A stretch of 47,401 nt of DNA from Opitutia bacterium (GTDB taxonomy: Bacteria > Verrucomicrobiota > Verrucomicrobiia > Opitutales > T3Sed10-336): NCBI GenBank assembly GCA_050506795.1, contig JBJHCF010000012.1, positions 1 to 47,401 on the forward strand. Reading direction: 5' to 3'. The position numbers and the translations under genes were made by a program. The notes beneath the pieces are model-generated. The model was not told where the DNA came from. It saw nothing but the letters and a program-made list of their open reading frames with translations, and made no database searches. The number at the start of each line of letters is the position of its first letter. The stretch's first letter is position 1. Below, piece by piece: positions 28,923-38,586 of this stretch.

Positions 28923-31760
28923 ATGAATTCTCCTATGTCAGTTTCTTTTATTGCGCAGAACGAATCTATTCTCGGCGACCGAAGACTCTCACGGCGCCCG
29001 GCTTGTGTGGTACTGCGGCTGCCGATTCTCCTGGCGGCAGTCGCCGTGCTTTTGGGTGCCGGACATGGGTTTCAAACGACTGTCAACGCTTCCACTGAGG
29101 ATTTCGATCCGACGATCGAGTGGATCAGTGAGGAGGACGGAAACTGGGAGGAGCCGCAGAACTGGAGCGAGGACCGTTTGCCGGTCCCGGGAGACGATGT
29201 GCTGATTGATGTTGAGAGTGATGTCTCCATCACTCTTTCCGTGGGCCACCACGTGGTTGAGCGGCTATTCAGTGACGAGGAGCTTCGGCTCGCCGGCGGA
29301 AGCCTGGAAGTGACCGGGTCGGCTACATTGAATAGCGAGATGGTCCTGGAAGGGGGGACATTGCGGGGCGGTCCCTGGGAAGGCACCGAAAGGATCGTGA
29401 CAGGAGATGTCTCGACTCTGCAGGATGTGATTCTGGGAGTGGATTTGCGGATTGAAAACGGCGACGAGGTGAGCGTGGACGGCGACCTGATCCTGGACGG
29501 TGCCAGGATTTTCTTGGCTTCGTCCGGTTCGATAACCCGGTTGCATTTCCGGTACGGCGAGCCACAGACACTGGGCGGTGTCGGTGAGGTGGTGTTTGCG
29601 GATACCGGGGAAAGCAGTGCCGATCGACATCGCTTGGAATTGGATGAGACCGGTACGGTACTGACCATTGGGCCGGACGTCACCGTGCGCACGGACGGCG
29701 CGGGAGGTCAGATAAGGGGAAGGTTCTTGGTGGGTGACCCGGAGTTGATCAACAAGGGTACGATTTCCGCACGAGGTGAGGGACTTGTCGTGGAGGTGGG
29801 CGACCGCACGAGCGGCGTCCGCAACGAAGGTGAACTGGCAGTCGCGGAAGGCGGGCGAATGGAGGCATACAATCTTCACGAGGAATTGAATTCCGTGTCA
29901 CTGTCGGGTACAGCCTCCACCATGTATTTAAACGGAGACTACACCATCAATTCAGATATCGAACTGCCGGAGGGCACGCGCCTGGATATTGCGGGCGACT
30001 GGATCAATGAGGCTGCATTGAAGGCAGCGGATGCCGGGCTTGGCCTGGGTGGGGCGGACGGAGACTGGAGCAACGCGGGCGCTATCACAGTTGAGAATAC
30101 CATCGTGGACTTGGCGGGCGAGTTTGCCGTCGCCGACTTGGGTGATTTCCAACGCACCGGCGGGACGGTGAACTTGACGGGGACGTGGGATAACCGTGAT
30201 GACACGTTGCATCTCGAAGAGACCCTGGGTGGAAATCTGACCCTGGCCGGCGGGCGCTTTCGTGGCGGTGTTATCGCTTCCGACGTGGCGCGTATCCTGA
30301 CGGCCGGCGAATCGGTGCTGGAATCGGTCGAACTTGCCGCGGATTTGTCGATTGGCGATGGAGACCGACTCCATGTGGAATCGGGCCTCACTCTCCAAGG
30401 CGCCACCCTGTCGATTGAATCCGCCGGGGAGTTGACGCATTTGATCTTTCGCGGGGGTGAGCCGCAGGTACTTGGCGGCCATGGCGAGGTCGTGTTTGCC
30501 GACGACCGGGAGACCGAGGCCGACCGCCATTCTTTTGAACTGGAAGACAGTGGAACGGAAGTGACCATCGGCCCGGAAGTGACGGTTCGTGCCGCAGAGG
30601 CCGGCGGCCGCATTTGGAGCAGGAGCATCGGTGACGAAACCGGGATTATCAATAAAGGCGTAATTTCCGCGCAAACGGGTGCCGGGACGGTCGCACTGGG
30701 CCAGAATATGGCCTCCGTACTTAACGAAGGAAGACTGGAAGCGCGCAACCTGGGCACCTTGCAGGTCGAGAACCTGGCGAACCTGGACGGAACCAGGCTC
30801 GAAGAGGGGACCTATCGTGTCGAGGAAGACGGAGTCCTGCGAATCGAAGGCGCCGACATTGAAACCAATGCGGCCGACATCGAGTTGGCAGGGGCCGGCA
30901 GCGAGCTGGTCAACGAGGATGACAACGACCGGCTGACCCACTTGAATGCAAACGAAGGTCTTTTGGCCCTCTCCGGCGGCCGCAATCTCTCCCTGGCGGA
31001 TTCGTTGAAAAACAGCGGTGATTTGAGTGTCGGCCGGGCGAGCGCCATCACAGTCGATGGCGATTTCGAGCAATCGAGTGAGGGACAGTTCACCGTGCAT
31101 TTGGACAGCGATCACGGACACCTGAATGTCGGTGAAACGGCCCTGCTTGACGGGACTCTGTTGCTGCAGGTTGAAGAAGATTTCAATCCCTACACTGCGC
31201 CCGAAATGATCATTCTCAGCGCCCGGTCGGTTTCCGGGGTTTTCGAGGAAATCGAGGAAAGCGGAACGCCCGCCGTGAGCGTCGCGGACGTTCGCCACGA
31301 GGAGCATGCTGTCATTGTGAGAATGGATGTGGAACTGATCACGTTCCAGAATTGGTTGAATGAACACGATCTGGAGAACGCTCCATACGCCGAACCGTTC
31401 GGCGATCCCGGCGGCTACGGGATTCCCATGCTCCTGAGGTACGCCTTCAACCTCGATCCGAGTCATCCCGACCGCTCCGGTCTGCCGAACGACGTGGATT
31501 TTTACATGGAGGGAGAAGACGAAAAGTATTTGACGATCACCTATACCCGCCGTCTGGATGCAACCGATTTAAAATACCGGGTACAGGGTGGAACGGATCT
31601 TCGGGACCTGGTCACTCTCTCCGACCAGGAGGAACTTCTGGTCGGGATCGAGAAGGGTGAAGACCAAACCACTGAAAAGGTCACCCGGCGCGATGTGGTG
31701 CCCATTTCCGAATCCGACCGACGGTTCCTGCAGGTCAAAGTCTTTCTTGACTCGGAGTAG
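28923..31760 (+). CDS. large acidic secreted beta-helix/adhesin-like protein with internal repeats
   Basis: 'GNWEEPQNWS..LP..GDDV' N-terminus, duplicated module of about 115 aa, C-terminal 'GIPMLLRYAFNLDP...RFLQVKV' domain; start uncertain. Confidence 0.75.
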   Translation: MNSPMSVSFIAQNESILGDRRLSRRPACVVLRLPILLAAVAVLLGAGHGFQTTVNASTEDFDPTIEWISEEDGNWEEPQNWSEDRLPVPGDDVLIDVESDVSITLSVGHHVVERLFSDEELRLAGGSLEVTGSATLNSEMVLEGGTLRGGPWEGTERIVTGDVSTLQDVILGVDLRIENGDEVSVDGDLILDGARIFLASSGSITRLHFRYGEPQTLGGVGEVVFADTGESSADRHRLELDETGTVLTIGPDVTVRTDGAGGQIRGRFLVGDPELINKGTISARGEGLVVEVGDRTSGVRNEGELAVAEGGRMEAYNLHEELNSVSLSGTASTMYLNGDYTINSDIELPEGTRLDIAGDWINEAALKAADAGLGLGGADGDWSNAGAITVENTIVDLAGEFAVADLGDFQRTGGTVNLTGTWDNRDDTLHLEETLGGNLTLAGGRFRGGVIASDVARILTAGESVLESVELAADLSIGDGDRLHVESGLTLQGATLSIESAGELTHLIFRGGEPQVLGGHGEVVFADDRETEADRHSFELEDSGTEVTIGPEVTVRAAEAGGRIWSRSIGDETGIINKGVISAQTGAGTVALGQNMASVLNEGRLEARNLGTLQVENLANLDGTRLEEGTYRVEEDGVLRIEGADIETNAADIELAGAGSELVNEDDNDRLTHLNANEGLLALSGGRNLSLADSLKNSGDLSVGRASAITVDGDFEQSSEGQFTVHLDSDHGHLNVGETALLDGTLLLQVEEDFNPYTAPEMIILSARSVSGVFEEIEESGTPAVSVADVRHEEHAVIVRMDVELITFQNWLNEHDLENAPYAEPFGDPGGYGIPMLLRYAFNLDPSHPDRSGLPNDVDFYMEGEDEKYLTITYTRRLDATDLKYRVQGGTDLRDLVTLSDQEELLVGIEKGEDQTTEKVTRRDVVPISESDRRFLQVKVFLDSE

Positions 31761-31914
31761 ACGGTATTCACTGAAAGCAGCAGAGTTTTCCGCGGATGCG
31801 TAACCTGAAGCCGGGAACGCTGAAAAAATCGTTGGGAAAAGAATGGCTCGCATCCTCCCTTGCGTTTTCCGGATTTTATGGCAGGCTGGGCGTTGTCGCT
31901 TTACTTTAACGACT

Positions 31915-32300
31915 CGGACGAGTCACCAAACGTGAGAACCATCAACAAAGGAGGCCAATGCACCAACCATCATTTTCCGAAGTATCCGATAAACTTAACG
32001 CAGCTCTGGGCGCCGTCGGCAGCGCAGGGCTCGCTTGAGTCGATTGAGATCCGCCGAGCCTCGTCGAGGTGAGGCGGTTGGACCGTGCCCGTGTTGGTGA
32101 CTTTAAAGGAACGGGGCCGGTCCAGGGAGTTTCCCGCCTGCGGCGTTTCCCGGTTACGGGAAGGCGCGCGGGCGGAGTTCGAGACTCCGTTTTGAGAGAC
32201 GAGGGCGAGTTTTGCCCGCCCGATACTTGCAGCTTCACAAGGCCGAAACTGCCGATTATTTCATGAAGCCGTTGAGGTCCGCCGCAGGCGGGCCTCAATC
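31915..32300 (+). ncRNA. candidate structured RNA (unassigned family)
   Basis: Series of GC-rich stems and one long-range complement, ending at an intrinsic terminator. Confidence 0.4.
31958..32038 (+). CDS. small ORF MHQPSFSEVSDKLNAALGAVGSAGLA (26 aa)
   Basis: Strong SD AAAGGAGG 3 nt upstream of ATG; below ORF-track cutoff. Confidence 0.4.
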   Translation: MHQPSFSEVSDKLNAALGAVGSAGLA

Positions 32301-32302
32301 TC

Positions 32303-32335
32303 AAAAGCCCGGGATCCGAGATCCCGGGCTTTTTT
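32303..32335 (+). terminator. intrinsic terminator (possibly bidirectional)
   Basis: AAAAGCCCGGGATC-CGA-GATCCCGGGCTTTTTT. Confidence 0.85.
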
Positions 32336-32524
32336 CTGTTGATAAGAAATCGATTCTTAGGCTGCGCTTGCTGACTTACGCTTATCGGGGAGTTGCCTTT
32401 CCTTCTGATAGGCTAACCGAAGTGTAGACGTTCATCCGGCAGGACAGGTGGCGCTGCTGGAGCAGGAAGCGGTCTCGACAACGACGAAGCTTTGCGGTTG
32501 ATTCCGCGAGGGGAGGAGCAGGCT

Positions 32525-32830
32525 ATGCGAATGGGAATGACATCGGCTGAGAGATTCCGAAGATGGAGGATATGGTTCGGATCTAGCGTGGGAGCCGGTT
32601 TCATGGGGGTTGCGGCTGCGGTAATCACTTTCCATCCGGGGATCTCATCCAATACCCCTTTTCTGCTGGTAGCCGCCGCCATGGGTGTTGGGATTGCGGT
32701 AAGCCTGTCGGTCAGATGGTACGTGCTGGCCGTACTTCTGATGCTTCTGGCCGTCGTGTTTCTGTTAATGCTCGCAGCTTACAGCCATCGGGTCTCGATG
32801 AAAGGGCCTGCGAAGCTGATCGGAGTCTGA
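32525..32830 (+). CDS. small membrane protein
   Basis: Three hydrophobic segments; GGAGGAG SD upstream. Confidence 0.45.
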   Translation: MRMGMTSAERFRRWRIWFGSSVGAGFMGVAAAVITFHPGISSNTPFLLVAAAMGVGIAVSLSVRWYVLAVLLMLLAVVFLLMLAAYSHRVSMKGPAKLIGV

Positions 32831-32899
32831 CGCCTTGCCGATTCACTTCCCATCACTATCATTGGATCAGAACAGCGGCAGTTAAAGAAGGAGGAGCTT

Positions 32900-33616
32900 A
32901 TGGAAAAGAAGACAGTTGTGATTGGCGGGGTCGGTCCCGGATTGGGCGCGGCGCTGGTTCGCCGGTTTGCCGAGGGAAACTGCCGGGTGGCGATGCTGGC
33001 GCGCTCGGAGGAGTATCTTGACCAGTTGGCTGGCGAATTAAACGAGGGCGGTTACGAGGTGTTTCCGGTGCCGTGTGACTTGACCGACTCCGAGCAGGTC
33101 AGACGGGCGTTCGAAACGATACGTGCCGAGGCCGGTCCGGTCCAGGTGCTGATTCACCACGCCGGCAACGCTGCCTGGGGTGGGGCTGAAGAGATCTCTC
33201 CCACCGATTTTGAGGGGTCCTGGCGCGTTTGCACCTTCGCCGGATTCCTTTGTGTGAAGGAAGCCCTGCGCGATATGCTCCCGCGAAAAGAAGGAACGAT
33301 TCTTTTCACCGGCGCGACCTCGTCGGCTCGCGGCCGGGGCGACGCGGTGGCCTTCTCATCGGCCAAGTTCGCGCAGCGGGGGATGGCCTATGCCCTGGCC
33401 GGCGACCTCGGGCCCAAGGGCATTCACGTCTGCCACATCATCGTCGACGGTTTGATCGATACCCCGCAGGTGCGGGAGCGCTACGATCTGGAAAGCGAGC
33501 CCGCCATCGATCCGGCGGCCGCCGCCGAAACCTACTGGCAACTGAGCCAACAACGCCCGAGTGCCTGGACCTTCGAACTGGATCTGCGCCACCATGCCGA
33601 GAAGCTGATGGAGTGA
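32900..33616 (+). CDS. SDR-family oxidoreductase
   Basis: GVGPGLG, HHAG, GTILFTGATSS, SSAKFAQRG, WTFELDLR. Confidence 0.9.
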   Translation: MEKKTVVIGGVGPGLGAALVRRFAEGNCRVAMLARSEEYLDQLAGELNEGGYEVFPVPCDLTDSEQVRRAFETIRAEAGPVQVLIHHAGNAAWGGAEEISPTDFEGSWRVCTFAGFLCVKEALRDMLPRKEGTILFTGATSSARGRGDAVAFSSAKFAQRGMAYALAGDLGPKGIHVCHIIVDGLIDTPQVRERYDLESEPAIDPAAAAETYWQLSQQRPSAWTFELDLRHHAEKLME

Positions 33617-33719
33617 GCGCGATCCAACATGGGCCTTCCGGCACTCCATGGAAACACAGACTCCGGAGGCGCTCAGTCACAGGCAGGTCGTACGATTGAA
33701 CCCCCGTTGCCATCCAAAA

Positions 33720-34169
33720 ATGAAACCAATCAAAACCTACGGATGCAATCATGTGGCCATTGAGGTCACCGACATTGAAATGGCGGTCCGTTTTTATACG
33801 GACGTGTTCAACCTGAAAGTGCGCCACCAGGATACGGATCATGCGTTTCTGTATCTCGGCGAACATCAGTTTCTGGCGATGAGCAAGGTCGAGCGGATGC
33901 CCGATCCCCGCGGTGGGCATTTCGGCCTGATTGTCCGCGATGATGAGCAGGTTGCCGCCGTCCGAAAGAAGGTCGCCGAGAAATATGACCTTGAGCTGCG
34001 ATCGGATTTCCGGTGCGATTTCCGGGATCCATTCGGCAACCGGGTTCAGGTCGGAGACATGCACGACGAAAGCCTGATCTGGCTCCTTCCTTACCGTGAA
34101 GCACAAAAGGCGGACATCGTTTTCAGCGACGACGCCGATCAGGGCGACGGGTGGCAAAGCCGGGAGTGA
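33720..34169 (+). CDS. VOC/glyoxalase family protein
   Basis: NHVAIEVTD..A..FY..VF, HFGL, FRDPFGNRVQ. Confidence 0.85.
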   Translation: MKPIKTYGCNHVAIEVTDIEMAVRFYTDVFNLKVRHQDTDHAFLYLGEHQFLAMSKVERMPDPRGGHFGLIVRDDEQVAAVRKKVAEKYDLELRSDFRCDFRDPFGNRVQVGDMHDESLIWLLPYREAQKADIVFSDDADQGDGWQSRE

Positions 34170-34563
34170 GGTTTCGGTCTCTGAGGGGGAGCGTGGCCGA
34201 AGCCTGTTACGGGAGTGTGCCGGAGGAAATCCAGCGGGAAAGCTTACGTCGTCCGGACAACTCCCTGCGAACCGAAGTGCTTCGTTTTGGCGGACGCTAC
34301 GCCCTTCTGCTCGTGGATGATCTTGAGGCCGAAGCGTAAGCGACACTCGTATCGAGCCTCAAACTTATGATCGATGTCGTAATCGGGGCTATAGGTTTCG
34401 CTGCGGTTAATCGGGGCGTCCTGAGATTTACGGTTTCAATCAGGAACTGCCGTCCCCGATCATCGGATTTGAGCAAAAAAGGGCCTCCAATTGCGGACCG
34501 AGTGGCTCGGCGATGTGAAGATTACGGTGGCGTCGAGGCGAATTTTCCGGTTATTTGGGCGAC

Positions 34564-35901
34564 ATGAAAATCTTCCGCTCCACCCTGGCGTGGATTTTGG
34601 TATTTGGGATGCCTGCCTGGGCCGTTCCTTCACCCGATGAGGCGGTGCGACTTTACGAGCGGGCGTTCGAGCGATTCGCCTCGGTGGAGGGGACCGACCT
34701 GCAACGGATTCGCGAAGGAGCCGGTCCGGATCGCGCCGCGATCGAGGAAGGGATGGCGTTGTTGAAGGAAGCATCGAAAGCGCCGGAGGTGGAATTTTCT
34801 GGAATGAACGCCGAGATGAACATTCCTCCGCATCTGTCGAGGGCCCGGTCCTCCGTCAGGACGGCTCTGGGCTGGGCGGAACTCGAAATCGAGGAAGACC
34901 CTGACAGTGCTCTGGAAACGCTCGATGCCGTTATCCGTACCGGTTACCATGTGGGCGGCGGAAGCGAATTGATCGGATACCTGACCGGAGTTGCGATCGA
35001 AGGTATCGCTTACCAGTGGATCGGGCAGCAAGCGGTCCGGCTTACTGCGGAGGAGCGAATCCGGTTGCTCGAAAAGCTGGATGCGTTGCCTCCCGCGCCG
35101 ACGGTGGCCGGCGCTCTGATGGTCGAACGGGCTGAGCGAATGGGCCCCTGGCTTGACCTTGTTCACGAGAACGCTCTGGAGGCATTTGAACAAGCAGAGG
35201 CCTTCGGCGAGAGGATCCGTCTGAGCGCCGTGACTTCAATGGGGGGTGAGGTGAGCGTGGGGATCGATGATGTGGAGCAGGGGATCACCTTCTGGATAAG
35301 CCCCGGGGAAACACGGCACGGAATCGAGCTGGTCTGGGTCGATATGAAGGCCGACACCGCCCTGATTCGCAAAGGTGACGAGTCCGCGGTGATTCGGCTG
35401 GAGGATCGGAAGATCTCGCCGCTAGATTCCCGTGAACTGATCGAGGGGCTGCGCGAACTTGCCGGACCGGGTCGGCTCGACGGGATCCTGGCGGAAGCGG
35501 GAATGGAAGTGACACCGGAGAATGCATTGGACGCTTTCCTGTTGGTGATGAAGGAGTCGGTTGGTCGCGACTACGATATTATGATCGAATGGGCTTCCGG
35601 CCCTTGGAAACCGGACGACGAAGCGGACGCCGAGGTCAGGCAATCCTTGAGTTCTCTGGGACAGATTACCTTTGATTCGATCCGGAGGGTTCGGGGAACC
35701 GAAGCGGGAACGGCGGCGATCCGGGAAATGGGGCGGACGGCTGTAATCCTTCTGGACGAACCCGAGGCGCCGATACCCGACGATCCTTTCCGGGAGGGAC
35801 CGTTCGAGATCCGGGAGACCGAGGAGGGTTTCGAGCTGGTCTCGGGCTTTGTGCGCAGCGGAGGGGAGTTGCTCAGTCTTGAAGTGCGGCGGAAACAATG
35901 A
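34564..35901 (+). CDS. secreted hypothetical protein (contains FWIxPGExRHGI domain)
   Basis: Signal peptide AWA; helical body; 'IPDDPF' C-terminal motif. Confidence 0.7.
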   Translation: MKIFRSTLAWILVFGMPAWAVPSPDEAVRLYERAFERFASVEGTDLQRIREGAGPDRAAIEEGMALLKEASKAPEVEFSGMNAEMNIPPHLSRARSSVRTALGWAELEIEEDPDSALETLDAVIRTGYHVGGGSELIGYLTGVAIEGIAYQWIGQQAVRLTAEERIRLLEKLDALPPAPTVAGALMVERAERMGPWLDLVHENALEAFEQAEAFGERIRLSAVTSMGGEVSVGIDDVEQGITFWISPGETRHGIELVWVDMKADTALIRKGDESAVIRLEDRKISPLDSRELIEGLRELAGPGRLDGILAEAGMEVTPENALDAFLLVMKESVGRDYDIMIEWASGPWKPDDEADAEVRQSLSSLGQITFDSIRRVRGTEAGTAAIREMGRTAVILLDEPEAPIPDDPFREGPFEIRETEEGFELVSGFVRSGGELLSLEVRRKQ

Positions 35902-36417
35902 ATCGCCTGGGTCTTCCCTTGTCCTCCTGGGCCTTCACCGTTTTCCATTTGATCGACAATAGCGACGGGACCCAGGCCATGCAAACCCCGGGCTCCGGCG
36001 TAGGTCACCATGAAGTCGTTCTTCAACCGGCATGGATGTCAGCCCCGGAAGATTGAATCTGAGATATTCCGCTTCCCCGTGCCGGGATCGACGGTGGTCA
36101 GGGAATCTCCGTAGCTGGTGCCGGATCAAAGTAGGTCGGCTTCCCACTGTCACCGGAATGGGATCCCGTCATCAGCGCCCGGGGAAGGGTGGGGTGCTCC
36201 GTCTTGAAAAGGTTTGCCGTCCAACCCTGTGCCAGCCAACATTTTCCCGCGGTCGGTCTCCCCGATCTTCCCCTCAGTCACCCGTCCATGTTGCGTAAGT
36301 GCCTGACCAGAAAAAGAAGTGACGGGGCGAAGCTCGTTCGGTGTACAGGAAATACTTCACGTCGGGATTTGTGAGGGGGTTCGTCGGTAGCGACGATTTC
36401 TGTCTTAATGTGAGAAA

Positions 36418-36708
36418 ATGCGAAAGATTCATTGGGATTACGAATCGCCTCCACAATGCGAGAATGGAGAAATCATCATTCTTGTTCAGGATGGTCGCGC
36501 TGAGATTGCTCGATTTGTAACGCCCAAGCCCAAATCTGCTCCAGCCGGCGGAGGCAATTTCATATTCGAGATGGGCGAAGATCTTGGAGAGAAGTTTGAG
36601 GTCGAACTCTTTAGGCGAGTGGCGGCAGAATTCCCCGAACTGGAGGATGAGATGAATCCTATCCTTATTTCTTGTCCGGAAGATCTCAGATCGAAGGGCG
36701 GATTCTGA
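36418..36708 (+). CDS. hypothetical protein
   Basis: Acidic 96-aa ORF with plausible codon usage. Confidence 0.45.
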   Translation: MRKIHWDYESPPQCENGEIIILVQDGRAEIARFVTPKPKSAPAGGGNFIFEMGEDLGEKFEVELFRRVAAEFPELEDEMNPILISCPEDLRSKGGF

Positions 36709-37059
36709 CGGTTCGAGCAATCTTCGGACAATCCGGGATTGGTGCCGAAGGAGCGTCCGGACCCTGTACTCGGAGGATCTGAGCGAGGGGCGTTTTTATA
36801 AGGATGTTCAGGTTCTGGACCCGTTTGCGGAGATCGGCCGACTCCCGTGCTCGTTTGGATTCCTGTAACTCCGTGGTGTCTCATGATTCGGTATCGAGTG
36901 AAAAATGCTAAGAGGGAGGATGTGAAGGAGGGGGATGATGAACGTTATCTACGACCGCAAAGAAAAGCCTGGGCGGGTCGTTTCGCGGTGGAGGCGACTC
37001 TTTACAATGGCGACGTCTAAGGCTACGGGTTTCAGTCACGCTTCAGTCTTCCGTTTGGC

Positions 37060-37398
37060 ATGGAAACGGAAATCCGGGCGGAGCGGCTGCTTGAGGATTT
37101 GTCGGGCGGACGCCGAGACGCTTTGTGGCTGGGGCAGGGGGGAGCCGGCTGGAGTTTTGCCAAATCGCGGAATACGCGGTTCTTTCTCGGGGGTGGACCT
37201 ACTTTTATACACGATTCGGAGGCGACCGATTACGGATGGTACGTCCAGTATGGCGCGGAAACCTTTCCCCGTGATCCGCTGCGGCTCGAGGGAGTGATCG
37301 AAGGCGGGGCGATCGGCCGCGCCGGCTTTTGGCGGGGGCGGGTTCAGGCGGTAGTAAACTTTATCCGGATCCCCGGATTACCGGTCCAGGGCTACTGA
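37060..37398 (+). CDS. hypothetical protein or remnant fused to a vapC-like tail
   Basis: C-terminus FIRIPGLPVQGY mirrors VapC C-terminus FTRIPGLLIQGY. Confidence 0.35.
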   Translation: METEIRAERLLEDLSGGRRDALWLGQGGAGWSFAKSRNTRFFLGGGPTFIHDSEATDYGWYVQYGAETFPRDPLRLEGVIEGGAIGRAGFWRGRVQAVVNFIRIPGLPVQGY

Positions 37399-37422
37399 AC
37401 ACGGAGTGCAGGGTGAATGATT

Positions 37423-38586
37423 TCAGGAGGCGGTGACGCGCTCTGTGAGGTTTTCGCAGGCTGTGGGGTGGGGGATTTTTTCCTGTTCGAGGCGGCGGTT
37501 TTCGGTGGCGAGGGATTCGGCGAGGGCGCGTTCTGTTTCGGTGAGATGTGGGCGGGCGTGCTCGGCGAGGGTGGCTTTTCCCGAGCCGGGGATGGTGTGC
37601 CCGTCGAACTGTTGGAGGGTTTCGGGGTCCATCAGGATCGAATCGACCGACAAAAACAGGGAGCGCAAACCGGCGAGGATTTCGAAACCTTCGACATCGA
37701 GGTCACCCCAATAAAACAGGCGCTTCTCGCGCAGCCAGGGGAGGCGGGCGAGGCGGTGCAGCGCGTAGCCCTGCCCGAGAAGGCCGATCGTTTTCGGGAG
37801 CGGCGGCAGGGTCAGAAAGGTGGTGCGGTTTTCAACGATCACCACGCGGTCGAAACCCGCGAAAGTTGTTGCCGTAAGTTCCTCCGGGGAGGCGGTGAAA
37901 TGGGAAAAGGGGACCATTCCCGGCGCCTCGCGGTCGAGCAGGCGGATTTCGATCAGGCTCGCGGGTGTTTTCAATCCGAGCCGTTCCTCCACCGAAGTTC
38001 CCTCGGCGCTGAGGGAATCCGGTGCCACGACGCGCAGGAGCGATTCGATCGCGCCGCCGTTTTCCTCGATGAACTTGGTCGGGATCTCCACGGGGAGTTC
38101 GCGGGCAAAGACGCCGGGAAACGGGTTTTCCCGGAAATAGGCGACGGCCCTGAGAAGATAATTCCGGAATTCCGGCGGCTTTTCCATGTGCCGCAGATTG
38201 CCGGCCGCCCACTCGCGGGATTCCGGATGGGCCTGCGTGAGACGGGCCGCGTTTTCGAGGATCCGCCGGACTTTCTCTTCGCAACCGAGGTATCCGAAAA
38301 AATCGTCCGCCGACGCGAAGGAAAGCTCTGCGGGGATGTCGTTGAGCCCGTACCGGCGGGTGTCCACGGTACGCCACTCGATCGTGTAGCCGCCCCGGGT
38401 GAGCGCTTCGCGGCTTTGCGAGCGAATGGCGGCGATCGCATTTTTCAGATCGGACATCGGCGCGGTGGAGCGCGGGCGCTGGTAGCGGATTGCGAGCGGA
38501 AAGGGGTTTTCACCCCGTATCAGGGATTTGATGACGGAGCGATACTGATTCTCGGCTTTGGCCCGCAACTGTTCGACGGTAATCAT
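37423..38586 (-). CDS. jetD: Wadjet JetD (DUF3322+DUF2220 TOPRIM nuclease)
   Basis: VIVEN, YWGDLDVEG, RLEQEKIP; last gene of four-gene operon. Confidence 0.88.
   Translation of the reverse strand: MITVEQLRAKAENQYRSVIKSLIRGENPFPLAIRYQRPRSTAPMSDLKNAIAAIRSQSREALTRGGYTIEWRTVDTRRYGLNDIPAELSFASADDFFGYLGCEEKVRRILENAARLTQAHPESREWAAGNLRHMEKPPEFRNYLLRAVAYFRENPFPGVFARELPVEIPTKFIEENGGAIESLLRVVAPDSLSAEGTSVEERLGLKTPASLIEIRLLDREAPGMVPFSHFTASPEELTATTFAGFDRVVIVENRTTFLTLPPLPKTIGLLGQGYALHRLARLPWLREKRLFYWGDLDVEGFEILAGLRSLFLSVDSILMDPETLQQFDGHTIPGSGKATLAEHARPHLTETERALAESLATENRRLEQEKIPHPTACENLTERVTAS

Noticed and set aside
31915..32335. tmRNA, RNase P or hammerhead ribozyme
   Set aside because: No tRNA-like ends with T-loop and CCA, no GAGGAAAGUCC and no CUGAUGA core.
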